Assembly (NCBI GenBank): GCA_964016885.1 | Contig: OZ024741.1 | Location: 73,904,001-73,968,000, forward strand | DNA from: Eledone cirrhosa | Lineage: Eukaryota | Direction of reading: 5' to 3' | DNA length: 64,000 nucleotides | In this document: one piece after another, positions 63,395 through 64,000 of the stretch | How the letters are laid out: the number at the start of each line of letters is the position of its first letter | Position numbering within the stretch: the stretch's first letter is position 1 | Position numbers and translations under genes: made by a program | The notes under the pieces: model-generated | What the model was told of the DNA's origin: nothing | The model's input: only the letters and a program-made list of their open reading frames with translations | The model's database searches: none

Positions 63395-64000
63395 CTGTGC
63401 CAGTGGGAAGACGGGTCTTTTGCATTTCTGTGCAACGCCAGAGATCTCGATCCTGTGTCATTGCCTTTGAGAGGTGCAGTTGGACAAGGTCAGCTTTTAT
63501 CACCTCATCCCAAGTCTTCCTCGGTCTCCCCACTCCCCAAGGCTTCCATCAACTTTGAGCGCTGTCATCCTCCATACATATCACATGTCCATACCAAGGT
63601 AATCTCCTATCTTGCACACAGCATTTGATTCCTCTTATGCCTAGTTCCTCTCTGTTTGTTTATGCTTTGCCATTCACACGTGTTACTATTACACATCCAT
63701 CAGGGCATGCAAGCTTCATTTCTTTCCAATCTATGCAAGTCTTCTGCACACAGCACCTTGGTCTCACTACCATGCAACATTGCATGCATCAATCAGTCTG
63801 CCTTTCATTTTTAGGGAAAAGCTTTTTGTAGCTAGCAGTGGTAGTAGCTCCCTGGACTTCTTCCATCCTGTTCTTACTCTGGCTACAGTACTTTCAGAAC
63901 ACCCACCTCTGCTGCTAATTCAGTCACCTAGGTAGCAGAAGCTTTCTACGGTTTCTACTGAGTCCTCCCAGAATTTGATGCTGTTTGTTTCCTGTGGTCA
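63395..64000 (-). mobile_element. Decayed RTE (BovB-like) LINE, RT C-terminal half, running off the window
   Basis: VESFCYLGD*IS..GGCSESTVARVRTGWKKSRELLPLL...MLHGSET...RRLPWYGHV...GRPRKTWDEVIKAD...QDRDLWR. Confidence 0.85.

Overview
Eukaryotic, repeat-dominated window with no confidently identifiable host gene. The SINE families look like those abundant in octopus/cephalopod genomes; this is an inference from recalled repeat sequences, not a database result. Contents: (1) decayed non-LTR retrotransposons (an R4/Dong-like RLE element, several RTE fragments, CR1-like 3' ends); (2) a near-full-length CR1-group LINE at ~30.2-34.9 kb with a PHD-finger/polyQ ORF1 and an APE-RT ORF2 broken by one stop and one frameshift; (3) many tRNA-derived SINEs, plus mariner and Helitron remnants; (4) a ~25 kb (ACTAAC/ACCATC) satellite and ~13 kb of (AT)/(AC) microsatellite, which account for all the giant ORFs; (5) a 200-N gap. 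The main finding is a near-perfect tandem array of a 310-bp unit (51703-54346; 8 full copies plus a partial). Each copy carries a complete type I hammerhead ribozyme inside a highly self-complementary monomer, the signature of a non-LTR retrozyme predicted to yield a ~310-nt self-cleaved, possibly circular RNA. Two further, unrelated hammerhead families occur as inverted pairs at 36.1-36.7 kb and 37.0-37.3 kb. The CR1 ORF1/ORF2 junction has an in-phase G-GGA-AAC slippery heptamer, a candidate -1 frameshift site.
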